Shown here: one piece after another, positions 37,932 to 49,232 of the stretch
How positions within the stretch are numbered: the first letter of the stretch is position 1
Layout of the letters: each line of letters opens with the position of its first letter
Assembly (NCBI GenBank): GCA_951406725.2
Contig: OX597816.1
Coordinates: forward strand, 123,938,001-124,002,000
DNA: 64,000 bases
Direction of reading: 5' to 3'
From: Octopus vulgaris
Taxonomy: Eukaryota
Made by a program: the position numbers and the translations under genes
The notes under the pieces: generated by a model
Told to the model about the DNA's origin: nothing
Databases searched by the model: none
Seen by the model: the letters and a program-made list of their open reading frames with translations, nothing else

Positions 37932-38764
37932 GTATAAATTATGAGTATGATTAATTTATGGAATGAAGTTCTACAAATCCAATCATATTTGTCAAAAATG
38001 AAGGAGATAAGATGTTAAAATGTTGTAAGAAGTTTATTCATGCATACAATTATTTCATACATAGATATAAATACATTTTTGAATTTGCAAATAATGATAG
38101 TACTTATCAGTTTAGAGAAAAAAATAATAAGAACTTAAAAAAGAGCATAGAAGTTGGATCTATGAGTTTCATGTTTATCTGTTCCTATGTGTGATAATGA
38201 TGGGAGTCATGTCAATTACTAAACCACAACTCATAAATTACATTTGTAAGTAAATGTATGAGTGCTAGCATTATGCCTACTGGTCCACATAGATTTTCAT
38301 AATCCAGCCTGCTTTCTGAAAAATTGTTAATTACATACTATATTTGGTTGTATTACCAGATATGAGCTAAAGAGCAAATGTGATAAGTGTAGAATATTAG
38401 CTATCATGCATGTTCATACCCACCCCACCACACTTTCACACAATCTGCTCTCAGCTTTTTCCGTATACCAAATTTCCTCGAAAAGAATTGTTTGGCCATG
38501 GTTTATGGTAAAAGACACTTGCCCAAGCTGTTGTGTTGTGGATCACATCCAAATCCATGAGGTAACTTCAGAGAACTGGATGTGATTAATTTTTATGCTA
38601 TAAGTATTTAACACTTTATATATTTAGATATGAGTGTGTACAATATATGCATCTAAGTATGTATATGTGTATATCTGTATGTGCAATTTATTCACAATTA
38701 TCATTTATGAGAGCCCAAATTATGCACAGATGTGAATGATACACATAAATACATATATATGTTT

Positions 38765-39324
38765 ATATATATTTATCATATAAAATCCATTCTGTCTGTC
38801 TGTCTGTGTGTCTTCTAGGATCTCGGGCATCCTCCATTCAATTGCGCTCAAATTTGATATGTAGATACCGATGGTATCAGGGCATGTACAAATCTTGGAA
38901 AAATTATAAAAATCGATTCCACATGAGATTGGGATCGATAAAGCCGTGGGAACGTGCATTTGTACGTGCAAGTACATCAGCTGTTGTGATTGATACTACA
39001 CGTATGTGAGAAGAATGCACATGCAGTTTGCACAACAAAAGCGAACTGGCTTGAAATAATGCCACAAAATGCAGTATATTTAAGAGACCAAAAAAGTAAG
39101 ATGCAAAAGAGATATTTGCTTCAAACTTGGCACGAAGGAAGGAAAGACTATTTGGTTTCTCAAGAATTTTTTTTTTGCCTTAATTTCATTAACAAAGCCA
39201 AAAATTTTATTGAAATAAAGGCATGCTTAATTATTTTTTAATGAAAAGCAAACACTGATTGCTTTTTATTCAGCAGATTGCTTTTTATTCAGCACCGTCC
39301 ATTGGACAGAGGGCATTTTGCTTG
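38765..39324 (+). mobile_element. Probable non-autonomous Helitron
   Basis: 5' TATATAAAA-like start with (CTGT)n; 3' GTCCATTGGAC hairpin followed by ..GCATTTTG-CTTG|T (CTRR-like end). Confidence 0.55.
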
Positions 39325-39525
39325 TATATATATATAAATGGATGAATCAATTATCCTTTGTTTACAATTAACATGGAAAATTCAATAAACAGTTACCAGG
39401 GTAGCAAAATTCATGCAAGTAACAAGGATGTAGCGACCTATTCAAAGGTAGAATCTTTGGGTTAATGTGCAGTAATTTGTATAGTATAAGTAAATAAATG
39501 GAGTTGAACGCAGGTGTTATTCAAA

Positions 39526-39614
39526 TTCTTTTACATGTTGTTCAAAGACAACATTAGTTTTATTCCAAAAGAATAAATGGTGTAAAATAATGTAATCTTC
39601 TCATCAGAAAAGAA
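39526..39614 (-). ncRNA. Degenerate hammerhead with long stem II and a disrupted GAAA
   Basis: TTTT-CTGATGA-GAAGAT-T-ACATTA..TAATGT-T-GTCTTT-GAACAAC-AT-GTA-AAAG. Confidence 0.5.
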
Positions 39615-39937
39615 AGAGAACCTATCTCAACAATAAGACATTATAATAATTTTGATGACTGCATAAATGATAAACAGAACGCTATTAAGTATTTTTAAAA
39701 TAACCGTTAGTAGATCTGACGTCAAAGGCAGACCATAGGAAGAGAAAGGGTAAAGAAATAATAAGTAGAGAACAAATAAAGGAGAAATATAGAGGGGTAT
39801 ATTGGTTGAAAAAATGTTCAAAGGCTTGGAAGTAGATTTCTCTATTGAAGTAAAGTGCAAGGTGAACTAAATGTTCAAACTATACAGACTGGTATAAATC
39901 ACTTATATGAGCTAAAGGTATGTTTCTGCCAGTGCTA

Positions 39938-40408
39938 TCATCATCATCATCATTGTTTAATATGTCTGCCTTCTATGCTGACATAGGCTGGATAGTTTGA
40001 CAGAAGCTAGCCAGACAGAAGACTGCACCAGACTTCTGAGTCTGATTTGGCATGGTTTTTACTACTGGATGCCCTTCCTAACATCAACCACTCCACAAAA
40101 TGGACTCGAGGCTTTTCACATGGCACCAGCACAGGTGAGATCAGTTTTGGCATGGTTTTTATAGTTGGATGCCCTTTGATATGTATCTGTATATGTCTAT
40201 GCGTATAAGTGTGTATGTGTATATCATCATCATCGTTTAACGTTCGTTTTCCATGCTAGCATGGGTTGGACAGTTCAACCAGGGTCTGGGAAGCCAGGAG
40301 GCTGCACCAGGCTCCAGTCTGATCTGGCAGTGTTTCTACAGCTGGATGCCCTTCCTAACGCCAACCACTCCGTGAGTGTAGTGAGTGCTTTTTACATGCC
40401 ACCGGCAC
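39938..40408 (-). mobile_element. Two family C repeats (39938-40175, 40222-40408)
   Basis: catcatc..gtttaa..ctggatgcccttcctaac. Confidence 0.85.
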
Positions 40409-40559
40409 ATACACACACCACATATAATTATTCATATATCATCACCATTTTCTCGCCAAAGATGTTTCCTACTTTTCTAAAACACTGAAGCCATTTGTTT
40501 TACAGCTGCACCAACAATTTTGATTTCTCTCCCCACAAGGATTTGCCTTCATTGTTGTC

Positions 40560-40930
40560 ATCTACTGTCCATTATAGGATGACATTGACTGTTCTGGTTC
40601 TGTAATCATCTCTGACAGGTTCACGTGAGGGCTACAAGGTCTGATCTTGATCTGCAGAAGCAATAACATTTACTGCATGTGTAACTATTTGACACAATGG
40701 AGAAGTGATTCCTCTCATGTTCTCTTTTAAATTCTCTTGGTTGTTTCTCCTCGATGACCGAAATTACGAGCTTCAATGATCAGTAACATTCATTGTGCCA
40801 CAGGGCTTTCTCCTCCCAGGTGTCTGGGGAAAAGTCAGATTTCTTCATATGTTTCTTCACATCACTGTGTTGCAAACTGTCTTTGAAAGCCTGCTGTCCT
40901 CCATCCTGCAAATACATCCCACCCATTGTA
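40560..40930 (-). mobile_element. RTE-like LINE 3' end, degenerate
   Basis: Minus strand reads GGQQAFKDSL..KKHMKK..TWEEKA followed by a Cys-rich tail. Confidence 0.55.
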
Positions 40931-41429
40931 GCTGTGGTGAGGCAAAGTCAACCTTGGAGGAATTTTACCTCAGAATGTTAAGGTAGATGAAACACCACTA
41001 AGCATTTTGCCTGGCAATCTAGCAATTCTGTCAGCTCATCACTTTGTTCTTGATATTAAACTAGATGGTGATATCTCTTGACTGGAAATCAGAGATTTTA
41101 TCAAAGCGACAGTATTAGAGGATCTTCCTTTTGAAAAACTTCCTCAAGTTTGAATGTCTAAGACCTACCATTTCAAATCTGCTGCTATTAGATCAACAAC
41201 TATCATAGACTGGTTACACCTCTGGTCCTCAATTTTTCTGCCTAGTTAATACATTGCAGACAAAGCTTGACTATCCACCAAACATTTGCGGTTCAGCTTC
41301 ACATAAACATTATGAGTGCGAAATTCCAATTAACAAAAGGAATAACACATTAACTGATTTCCAATAAATATAAACACTGCATTTTGTATTTAATACCATT
41401 CTCCTGTTTTCTTAAATATAACTTTACAT

Positions 41430-41865
41430 CTATTTATCTATCTATCTGTCTGTCTGTCTGTCTGTGTGTTTGTTTCTTTGCCTGTCCATCCGTCCATCTG
41501 TCTGCTGTCTATCTGTCAGTTTGTCTGTCAGTCTGTCTGTCTGTATGTACGTATGTCCATCTGTCCATCCTTCCATCCATCCATCTACTTATATATCTGT
41601 CTATTTTTCTCTCTCTCTCTCTCTCCCTCTCTTTCTCTTTCTCTCTGTCTATATATACACACAAACTCACATACATACATAGATACATACACATACATAC
41701 ATGCACACATACATACTTACATGCACACATACATACATACACACTCACACACACATACATACATGCATGCATACATACATACGTTCATACATACATGCAT
41801 ACATACATACATACACACATACACGCATACACACACATACACACACACATGCATGCATACATACA

Positions 41866-41898
<33 letters not shown>

Positions 41899-41900
41899 CC
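41430..41900. repeat. (TCTG)n/(TC)n/(CATA)n microsatellite complex
   Basis: Directly visible. Confidence 0.9.
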
Positions 41901-42569
41901 GTGTATGTTTACACATCTATAGGTAGCCAAATTTTATTTTTTAATATAAATTAATATTTGATATTATATGCATCCATTGCAAATATTCTTCATTTTGTAA
42001 ATCAAATTATGTAGGAAGCCTTTCATAATTAATGACTGGCATCACAGTACTGTATTAATTAATTTAGGCAGCAGAATTGACAGGGGATTTAAGCTAATGG
42101 ATAATATAATGAAAACAGTAAATATGTATTTGGAAAAAGGACAAACTTGCAAAGGATGTAATATCACTTGTGGTTCTACTACCATTTGCAAATAATCATG
42201 TGCTATTTAGTATTAAAAAAAAAAAAAAACTATATAGCATTATTTTATTGTGTCTGAGGAGAGTCATTCTCTTTTAGTACCTTATTAATTTAAAATACTC
42301 ACCGGTGTGTTAAATTTCCTCTCATTTACTAAAATTTTTACTAAAATTTTCGTTGCGACTTGCAACCTTTACAATAGTCATTGATTCTGTCCATTGAGAA
42401 TGTCTTCAACTGTTTTGTCAGCTAGGAAATGTCACAATCAAGAATAAATGAGTTGTCTTACCAGTTTTTTTAGCAATGTATGAAAAGCTAAAAAGAGTTG
42501 TTTATCCGAGGAAAAAGCGGTCAACTGCTGTTCAAGTGTGAATTATTTCACTCACAGAAACCCACCTCA

Positions 42570-44920
42570 TATTTTCATTTCTTCATCTTTGCCTTCGGAA
42601 TCTTTGTCATCGACATCATTCTCATCGGTGTCATCAGTGTCATCATCATCATCAATGTCATCATTTTTGTCATAATTGTAGCCACCGTCATCATAATAAT
42701 CATGAATGTGATTATTGTTGATATCATCATCGTTATCTTCATCATCATCATCATCGTCATCATCGTCAGTGTCATCATTGTTATCATCATCATCATCATT
42801 ATCATCTTTATGATCCATCGACTTTGTTGCCATTGTTGCTGTCATCATTACCATTGTCATCAGCACCAAGGCTACCATAATTATTATTGTATTGTCATCA
42901 TCCTCATCACCATTTTATGTCCATTTTATCAAGCTTAGATTGGCAGAAATGCTTTCTCCAGTATAACGTTTTGTCTGCTAGTGTAGACTCTTGTCATCAT
43001 CTTCATGAGACTGACGTTCATTTCTTCGTTCTTTATCTTCTTTGATGTCCCTGTTCTTCAGATTTTGTTTTCTGCTCTCTTCGATTGCTCCTTAGTTCTT
43101 TACATTAAAATATAACTCAAGAATGTTTCCCTATGAAGACTTCAGTATAGCTGCAATTTAATTTTCAGCAGTGCTAGATCAGTCTCTCAACTGAACATCA
43201 GGGGGAAGAAAAGAAAAGAAGAAAAAACAAAACAAAAACAAAACAAAAAAAAACTGAAGTATTTGAAAGGGGGTTTGAATCAAGAGACTTGAAGTTGAAT
43301 ATGTCAAGGAGAAAATGGGGATAGCAAGAACTTTGCATAATTAAAATGACAGAAAATTGGAAAGCGATAAACATATTCTTCACCTGACACACCTCTGCCT
43401 CATCATCATCACCCCCTCCTCCTCGTTAACGTCATCATCATCATCATCATCATCCTCCACTTTATCATCATCATGTTTATTTTTCTATGGTTTGATTGGT
43501 GGATGTGTTTTCTCCAACGTAACATCTCACCAGATATTGCAATCTCTTGTCATCTCCTTCATAAGATCAGCCTTCAGCTCTTATTCCTGTGTATTCTTTG
43601 ATGACCCTCTTCTGCAGGATGTTTTGGGGGTTCCCTCCTCCCATTTTCATTGCTTGGCACTTCTTTACATTACAATATAACTCATATGGGGACTTCAGTA
43701 TACTAGCAACTTAATTTTCAGTGCTTAGTCAATTTTGTAACAGCTAGAAAAAAAGAAAAAGAAAAAGAAAAAACTAGCAAACTGGTTTCGAATAAGAGAC
43801 CTGAAGTAGAAAATGTCAAAGAAGAAAATGGTAATAGAAAGAGCTCTGCATAATTGAAATGACAGAAAATTGGAAAGAGACAAATACATTCTTCATCTGA
43901 CAAACATAGGAAATGAATATTAAGCTAATGATGAATGGGATAAAAATGATGATGATGATGATAATGATGAGAAGGACAATGACAATGACAAGAATATTGT
44001 TGCAATGATGACAATAATGACGATGATGATGATGGTGATGATGATGACAACGACCACCATGATGAGGATGATGACCACAACCATGATGATGATGACAACG
44101 ACCATGATAATGATGACGACGGCGACAACCACAATGATAATGGTGATTGTGTTCATAGTGGTAGTGGTGACTGTGTTGACGGTTTTTTTTATGGTGACGA
44201 TGAGGATGATAATGAAGATGGTGGTGGATATGATGATGATGATGATGGCAATGACAATAATGATGGTGGTAGTGGCAGTAACATTGATTATTTTATTGGT
44301 GATGGTGAGGATGATAACAACAATGACAATTATTCTGGAGATGGCCACGATGACAATGATGATGATGGTTGTGGTGTAGGATGATGCCAATGAGGATGAT
44401 GATGATGGTCGTCATGGCAGTAATGATGGATTTTTTTTTTTGATGGTGATGGTGAGGATAATGACAACAAAGATAACGATTATGATAACGATGAGGATAA
44501 TGACAATGATGATAATAATGGTCATGGTGGTGAAGGTGGTGATGATGACTTCTGATGACAATGATAACAACAACAAGGATAATGATAACAGTAACGAAGA
44601 TGCTGGCAACAATGATGGTCGTGATGGTAGTGAGTGGTGGTGAGGGTGATTTTTGATGATGACGATGATGCTGACAACAATGATTATGACGAAAGGAAGA
44701 TGATGATAGTGAGATGAAGATGAGATGACGATGACAATGATGATGGCAGCGACAATGATGATGATGACTACAATGACGACGATGATGACGATGATGACAA
44801 TGATGACAACAATGAAAATGACAATGATGAGGGTGGCGATGGTGATGATGATGATGATGATGACGACAATGATGATGATGGTGATGCTGATGACTATGAC
44901 TGTTTATGCTGCTCCTGCTA
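42570..44920. repeat. Long degenerate (ATC)n tract (42570-42930) and (GAT)n tract (43925-44920) around a diverged tandem duplication
   Basis: Directly visible; 43135-43395 resembles 43690-43905. Confidence 0.85.
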
Positions 44921-45184
44921 GTGCTACTGAATAATTGGCCAAATCAAATCCCTTCACAGACATAAACTTATTCATTATGCAGACAACAAATATCAATATA
45001 CATCATACACCTTATCACCTAAACAACACACATACAAACAGAGGATATCTGAACATCATTGAAGTAAACAACATAACTCACTGACAGGTGGACTCAACCA
45101 GGTGGAGAAGATGCAGGCAGGGTCTTCTGAATTCAACATTATTCTGTGAAGCTTGAAGAGTAATTTGAATGATGATGATGATAA

Positions 45185-47120
45185 TAGTTTCAAATTTTGG
45201 CATAAGACCATCAATTTTAGGTGAAGGGGAAGTTGGTTACATCAACCCCAGTGCTCAACTGGTACTTAATTTATTGACCCTGAAAGGATGAGAGGCAATA
45301 ATAATAATAATAATAATAAGGCGAGCTGGCAGAGACGTTAGTGTGCCAGAGACGTTAGTGCGAAATGCTTAGCGGTATTTCGTCTGCCATTATGTTCTGA
45401 GTTCAAATTCCACCAAGGTCGACTTTGCCTTGCATCCTTTCGGGGCTGATAAATTAAGTACCAGTTACGTACTGTGGTCGATGTAATCGACTTAATCCCT
45501 TTCCCTGTCCTTGTTTATCCCCTCTATGTTTAGCACCTTATGGGTAATAAAGAAATAAAGAAATAAATAATAATAATCATCATCATCATCGTTGTCGTTG
45601 AATGTCCGCTTTCCATGCTAGCATGGGTTGGACGATTTGACTGAGGACTGGCAAACCAGATGGCTGCACCAGGCTCCAATCTGATCTGGCAGAGTTTCTA
45701 CAGCTGGATGCCCACTCCGAGAGTGTAGTGGGTGCTTTTATGTGCCACCGACATGAGGGCCAGTCAGGCGGTACTGGCAACAACCACGCTCAAAAGGTGT
45801 TTTTTACGTGCCACCTGCACAGGAGCCAGTCCAGTGGCACTGGCAATGACCTCGCTCGAATGTTTTTCACATGCCAGTATGACAATGATGATGAAGATAA
45901 TAATGGCTTCAAATTCAGGCACAAGGCCTGCAGTTTCAAGGAAGGAGCTAAGTTGATTTCATCCATCCAAGTGTTCAACTTGTACTTATTTTATCGACCC
46001 TGAAAGGATGAAAGCAAAGTCGACCTTGGCAGAATTTGAACTCAGAACGTAAAGGCAGATGAGATACCAATAAGCATTTTACCTAGTGTGCTAATGATTC
46101 TGCCAGTTTGCCACCTTAATAATAATAATAATGATGATAATAAGGGTCAAAATTTTTGGCACAAGGGCAGCAATTTTAGAGGAAGGGGTAAGTCAATTAC
46201 ATTGACCTCAGTACTCAACTGGTACTTGATATATCAACCCTGAAAGCATGAAAGGCAATAATAATAAGAAGAAGAAAAAGAAGAAACCATGTCTCAGAGA
46301 AAGCCGAAAGATTGTACTGACAAGTACTGCCTATATCCTTAGAAAACCCTATCCATTTAAATGCCTGTGTTGTATTACATGAAGATATTTCACTATTTCC
46401 CCTCCTCCCCAAGCTTCCAAGTTTTCAGTCGTACTATAACATCTCTTATCCTTCACTTGCCTCAGGATACTGGGTGCATCTTGACAAATGACTGTAACAA
46501 ACATGCAGATTAAAAATAAATAAACAATCATAATAATAATAATAATAATAATGAGATGAAGAAGAAGAAGCAGTATTGATCCCAACAACAGGATCAATGA
46601 GAAGGAGGAAGAAAAAATAAACAACTATGACGATTTGAAGTGAGAAATTTGAAGGTTGTGGTCATGAGGAGAGTAGATGTGATACCAATAGTATCAGCTC
46701 TCAACTACCAAAATGGTTGAAAAAGATTGGTGCAAGTGTGAAAGTAGAACACCTACAGCAATCAACATTGCTTGGAACTACAAGAATTCTTTGCAGGGTT
46801 CTTCAAGCATGACCAGTAAACAAATGTCACCTTAGTCTGCTGGCTGTGGACAGTTGACATTTTCCCTCATACACAGCAAAATAAGCTGAGTTTTCATCAC
46901 AGAATAATAATAATAATAATTATGATGATGATGACAATCATTTCTACTACAGACATAAAGCCAGAAATTTTAGAGTAAGTAGCTAGTTGATTACAACAAC
47001 CCCCAAAGGGATAGAAGGAAAAGTTGCCCTCAGCAGAATTTGAACTCAGAATGAATGTAAAGATGAACAAAACGCTGCTAAGCATTCTCTTATGTTTGCA
47101 AACGATTCTGCCAGCTCACT
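45185..47120. mobile_element. Cluster of family B SINEs (45318-45560 +; 45185-45298, 45905-46118, 46145-46258, 46940-47120 -), a family C repeat (45580-45880) and short R4/Dong 3' ends (46280-46525, 46575-46900), separated by (AAT)n
   Basis: Shared motifs with other copies; KIVLTSTAYILRK and ..LLGTTRIL match R4 C-termini. Confidence 0.8.
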
Positions 47121-47125
47121 GTGTA

Positions 47126-47164
<39 letters not shown>

Positions 47165-47166
<2 letters not shown>

Positions 47167-48223
47167 CAAATTTCGGAATTAGACATACAAGAAACAAGCA
47201 CAGAAAAAGCTAAGCGCATGAAAATCCGTGCTAAAACTGCGGCCTTAGATATTCTGAATGATAAATGGCAAGAAAAACCTCTCTATGGCAAATACCCAAA
47301 GAGAGCGAATAATGCAGATGTTGACAAAGCCCTGACCCATCAATGGCTAATGACCTCTGGCTTAAAATCTGAAACAGAAGGGTTTATCATAGCAGCTCAA
47401 GATCAATGCCTACCAACAAGAAACTACCAGGCCAACATATTAAAGAACGGCAGTAGCCCAACATGTCGTGTATGTCAACAACAAAATGAAACCATTGATC
47501 ATGTTGTCTCCAAGTGCAGTCTTCTAGCGCCTACAGAGTATCTCAACAGGCATGATAGAGCTGCACAATATATTCACTGGGTAATTTGCAAAAACCTGGA
47601 TTTGCCCAATGAAAAATACTGGTGGGAACACAAACCACCTCCACTGCTTGAAAATGACCACATCTCACTCCTCTGGAACTTCACCATTCAAACTAACAGA
47701 AAGATAGATGCAAATAGGCCAGACATCATATTGAAAGACTTCAGACAAAGAACATGCCTCCTCACTGATGACTGTCCCAATTGATATAAATGTATCTGTC
47801 AAGACCTACCAAAAACTGAGCGAATATAAAGATCATGAAATAGAAATCAGCAAAATGTGGAACCTGAAAACTAAAACAATACCTGTTGTCATAGGTGCCC
47901 TGGGAATGATAGTGAAAGGGGCTGATTGCTACCTAACTCAGATACCAGCAAACCCAAAAATGGCAGAAATTAAAAAGATAGTGCTCATGGGAACTGCTCA
48001 TATCCTACGCAAAATACTTTCTATGTAATCTCAGGGTTTATTAACAAACATAATTTTCGGTTTTTTTTTTTGGACATTCACTAGTACAACACCGAAAAAA
48101 AAGACCAAATATATGGCACACTAGGCATAACAACAACATGAACTTCCAACCTGTTGTCTCTTGAGGTCTCTGGGTGAGACTTGGAGCCAACTTGTACAAA
48201 TATAAAGCAAAAGTCAAACATAG
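47165..48223 (+). mobile_element. 5'-truncated R4/Dong-clade LINE (CCHC zinc knuckle and RLE), inserted in (TAA)n
   Basis: ETEGFIIAAQDQ, CRVC..HVVSKC, RHD, RPDIIL; frameshift near 47765; (AAT)n on both sides. Confidence 0.92.
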
Positions 48224-48714
48224 AATAATAATAATAATAATAATAATAATGATAATAATAAAAATAATAATAATAATAAAAAAAAAATAATAATAATAAT
48301 AACACCGGGGACGTTTAAGATGGGAACACTGGGGATGTTTAAGATGTAAAAACGATAAAGCAGTGCTCCGAAATCTATCCACAAACATCAAAAACGAAGA
48401 CATCATATGGAGCCAAAAATTTACTAACAAAGGACTGGACTATATCCGAGTAAGTAATACTCATTGAAATTTATTACTATTTTCGAAACGAAATGATGTA
48501 TTTTAACTCGATATCATCTCCACCTCTAACACAACACATGTAAACATGCATGAAACATTACGATCCATCAACACCAGATCATCACTGACCGCAAACACCA
48601 TGTACAAAAAAAACTTCGAAGAAATTAAATAACACCGATATTATTCAACCCAAGAATAACAATCGGGAAGTACGTACTTTAAACTTACAACACAAAATAT
48701 ACGAAAAGCTACAC

Positions 48715-49083
48715 GTGCAAAACAATGTGACAACAGAAATGAACGGACCAGTACCCTACGAAAATGACGACCATCAAAATAATGGGCTGGACGTTGTTCC
48801 TCATGTCCCGCAAATAAAACCCAAAAGACATAAATGGACATGTGAGGAATACATTTCTATCCTACACGCTTACTTCACAGCAGTGCTCTACCCAAAAAAT
48901 GAAAACACAACAACACATACATATAAAATATGGAAGGAAAATAACATAAATATAGACTTGGATACAGCAATGAACCCTAATAAACTAGAAAACGTACGAA
49001 GATACATTCTCAGTGCAAAAAAAATATCAGAAATAGAAATAGAACATCTAAAAGAAAAAAATACATCAGGAAAATGTAGATAG
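48715..49083 (+). pseudogene. R4/Dong ORF N-terminus (Myb-like DNA-binding region), frameshifted from the RT segment
   Basis: KRHKWTCEEYISILHAYF..LENVRRYI. Confidence 0.7.
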
Positions 49084-49232
49084 AAGCCACACAACAATGC
49101 CCAATAACATAAACACTGAAACAGTAAAACACGAAGACAAACGTAACATTCCCAACAAACACAATGTAAACAAAAACAACAAACCCAGACCATAAGGATG
49201 CATGATAATACACGACAAACAAACATACGAAC

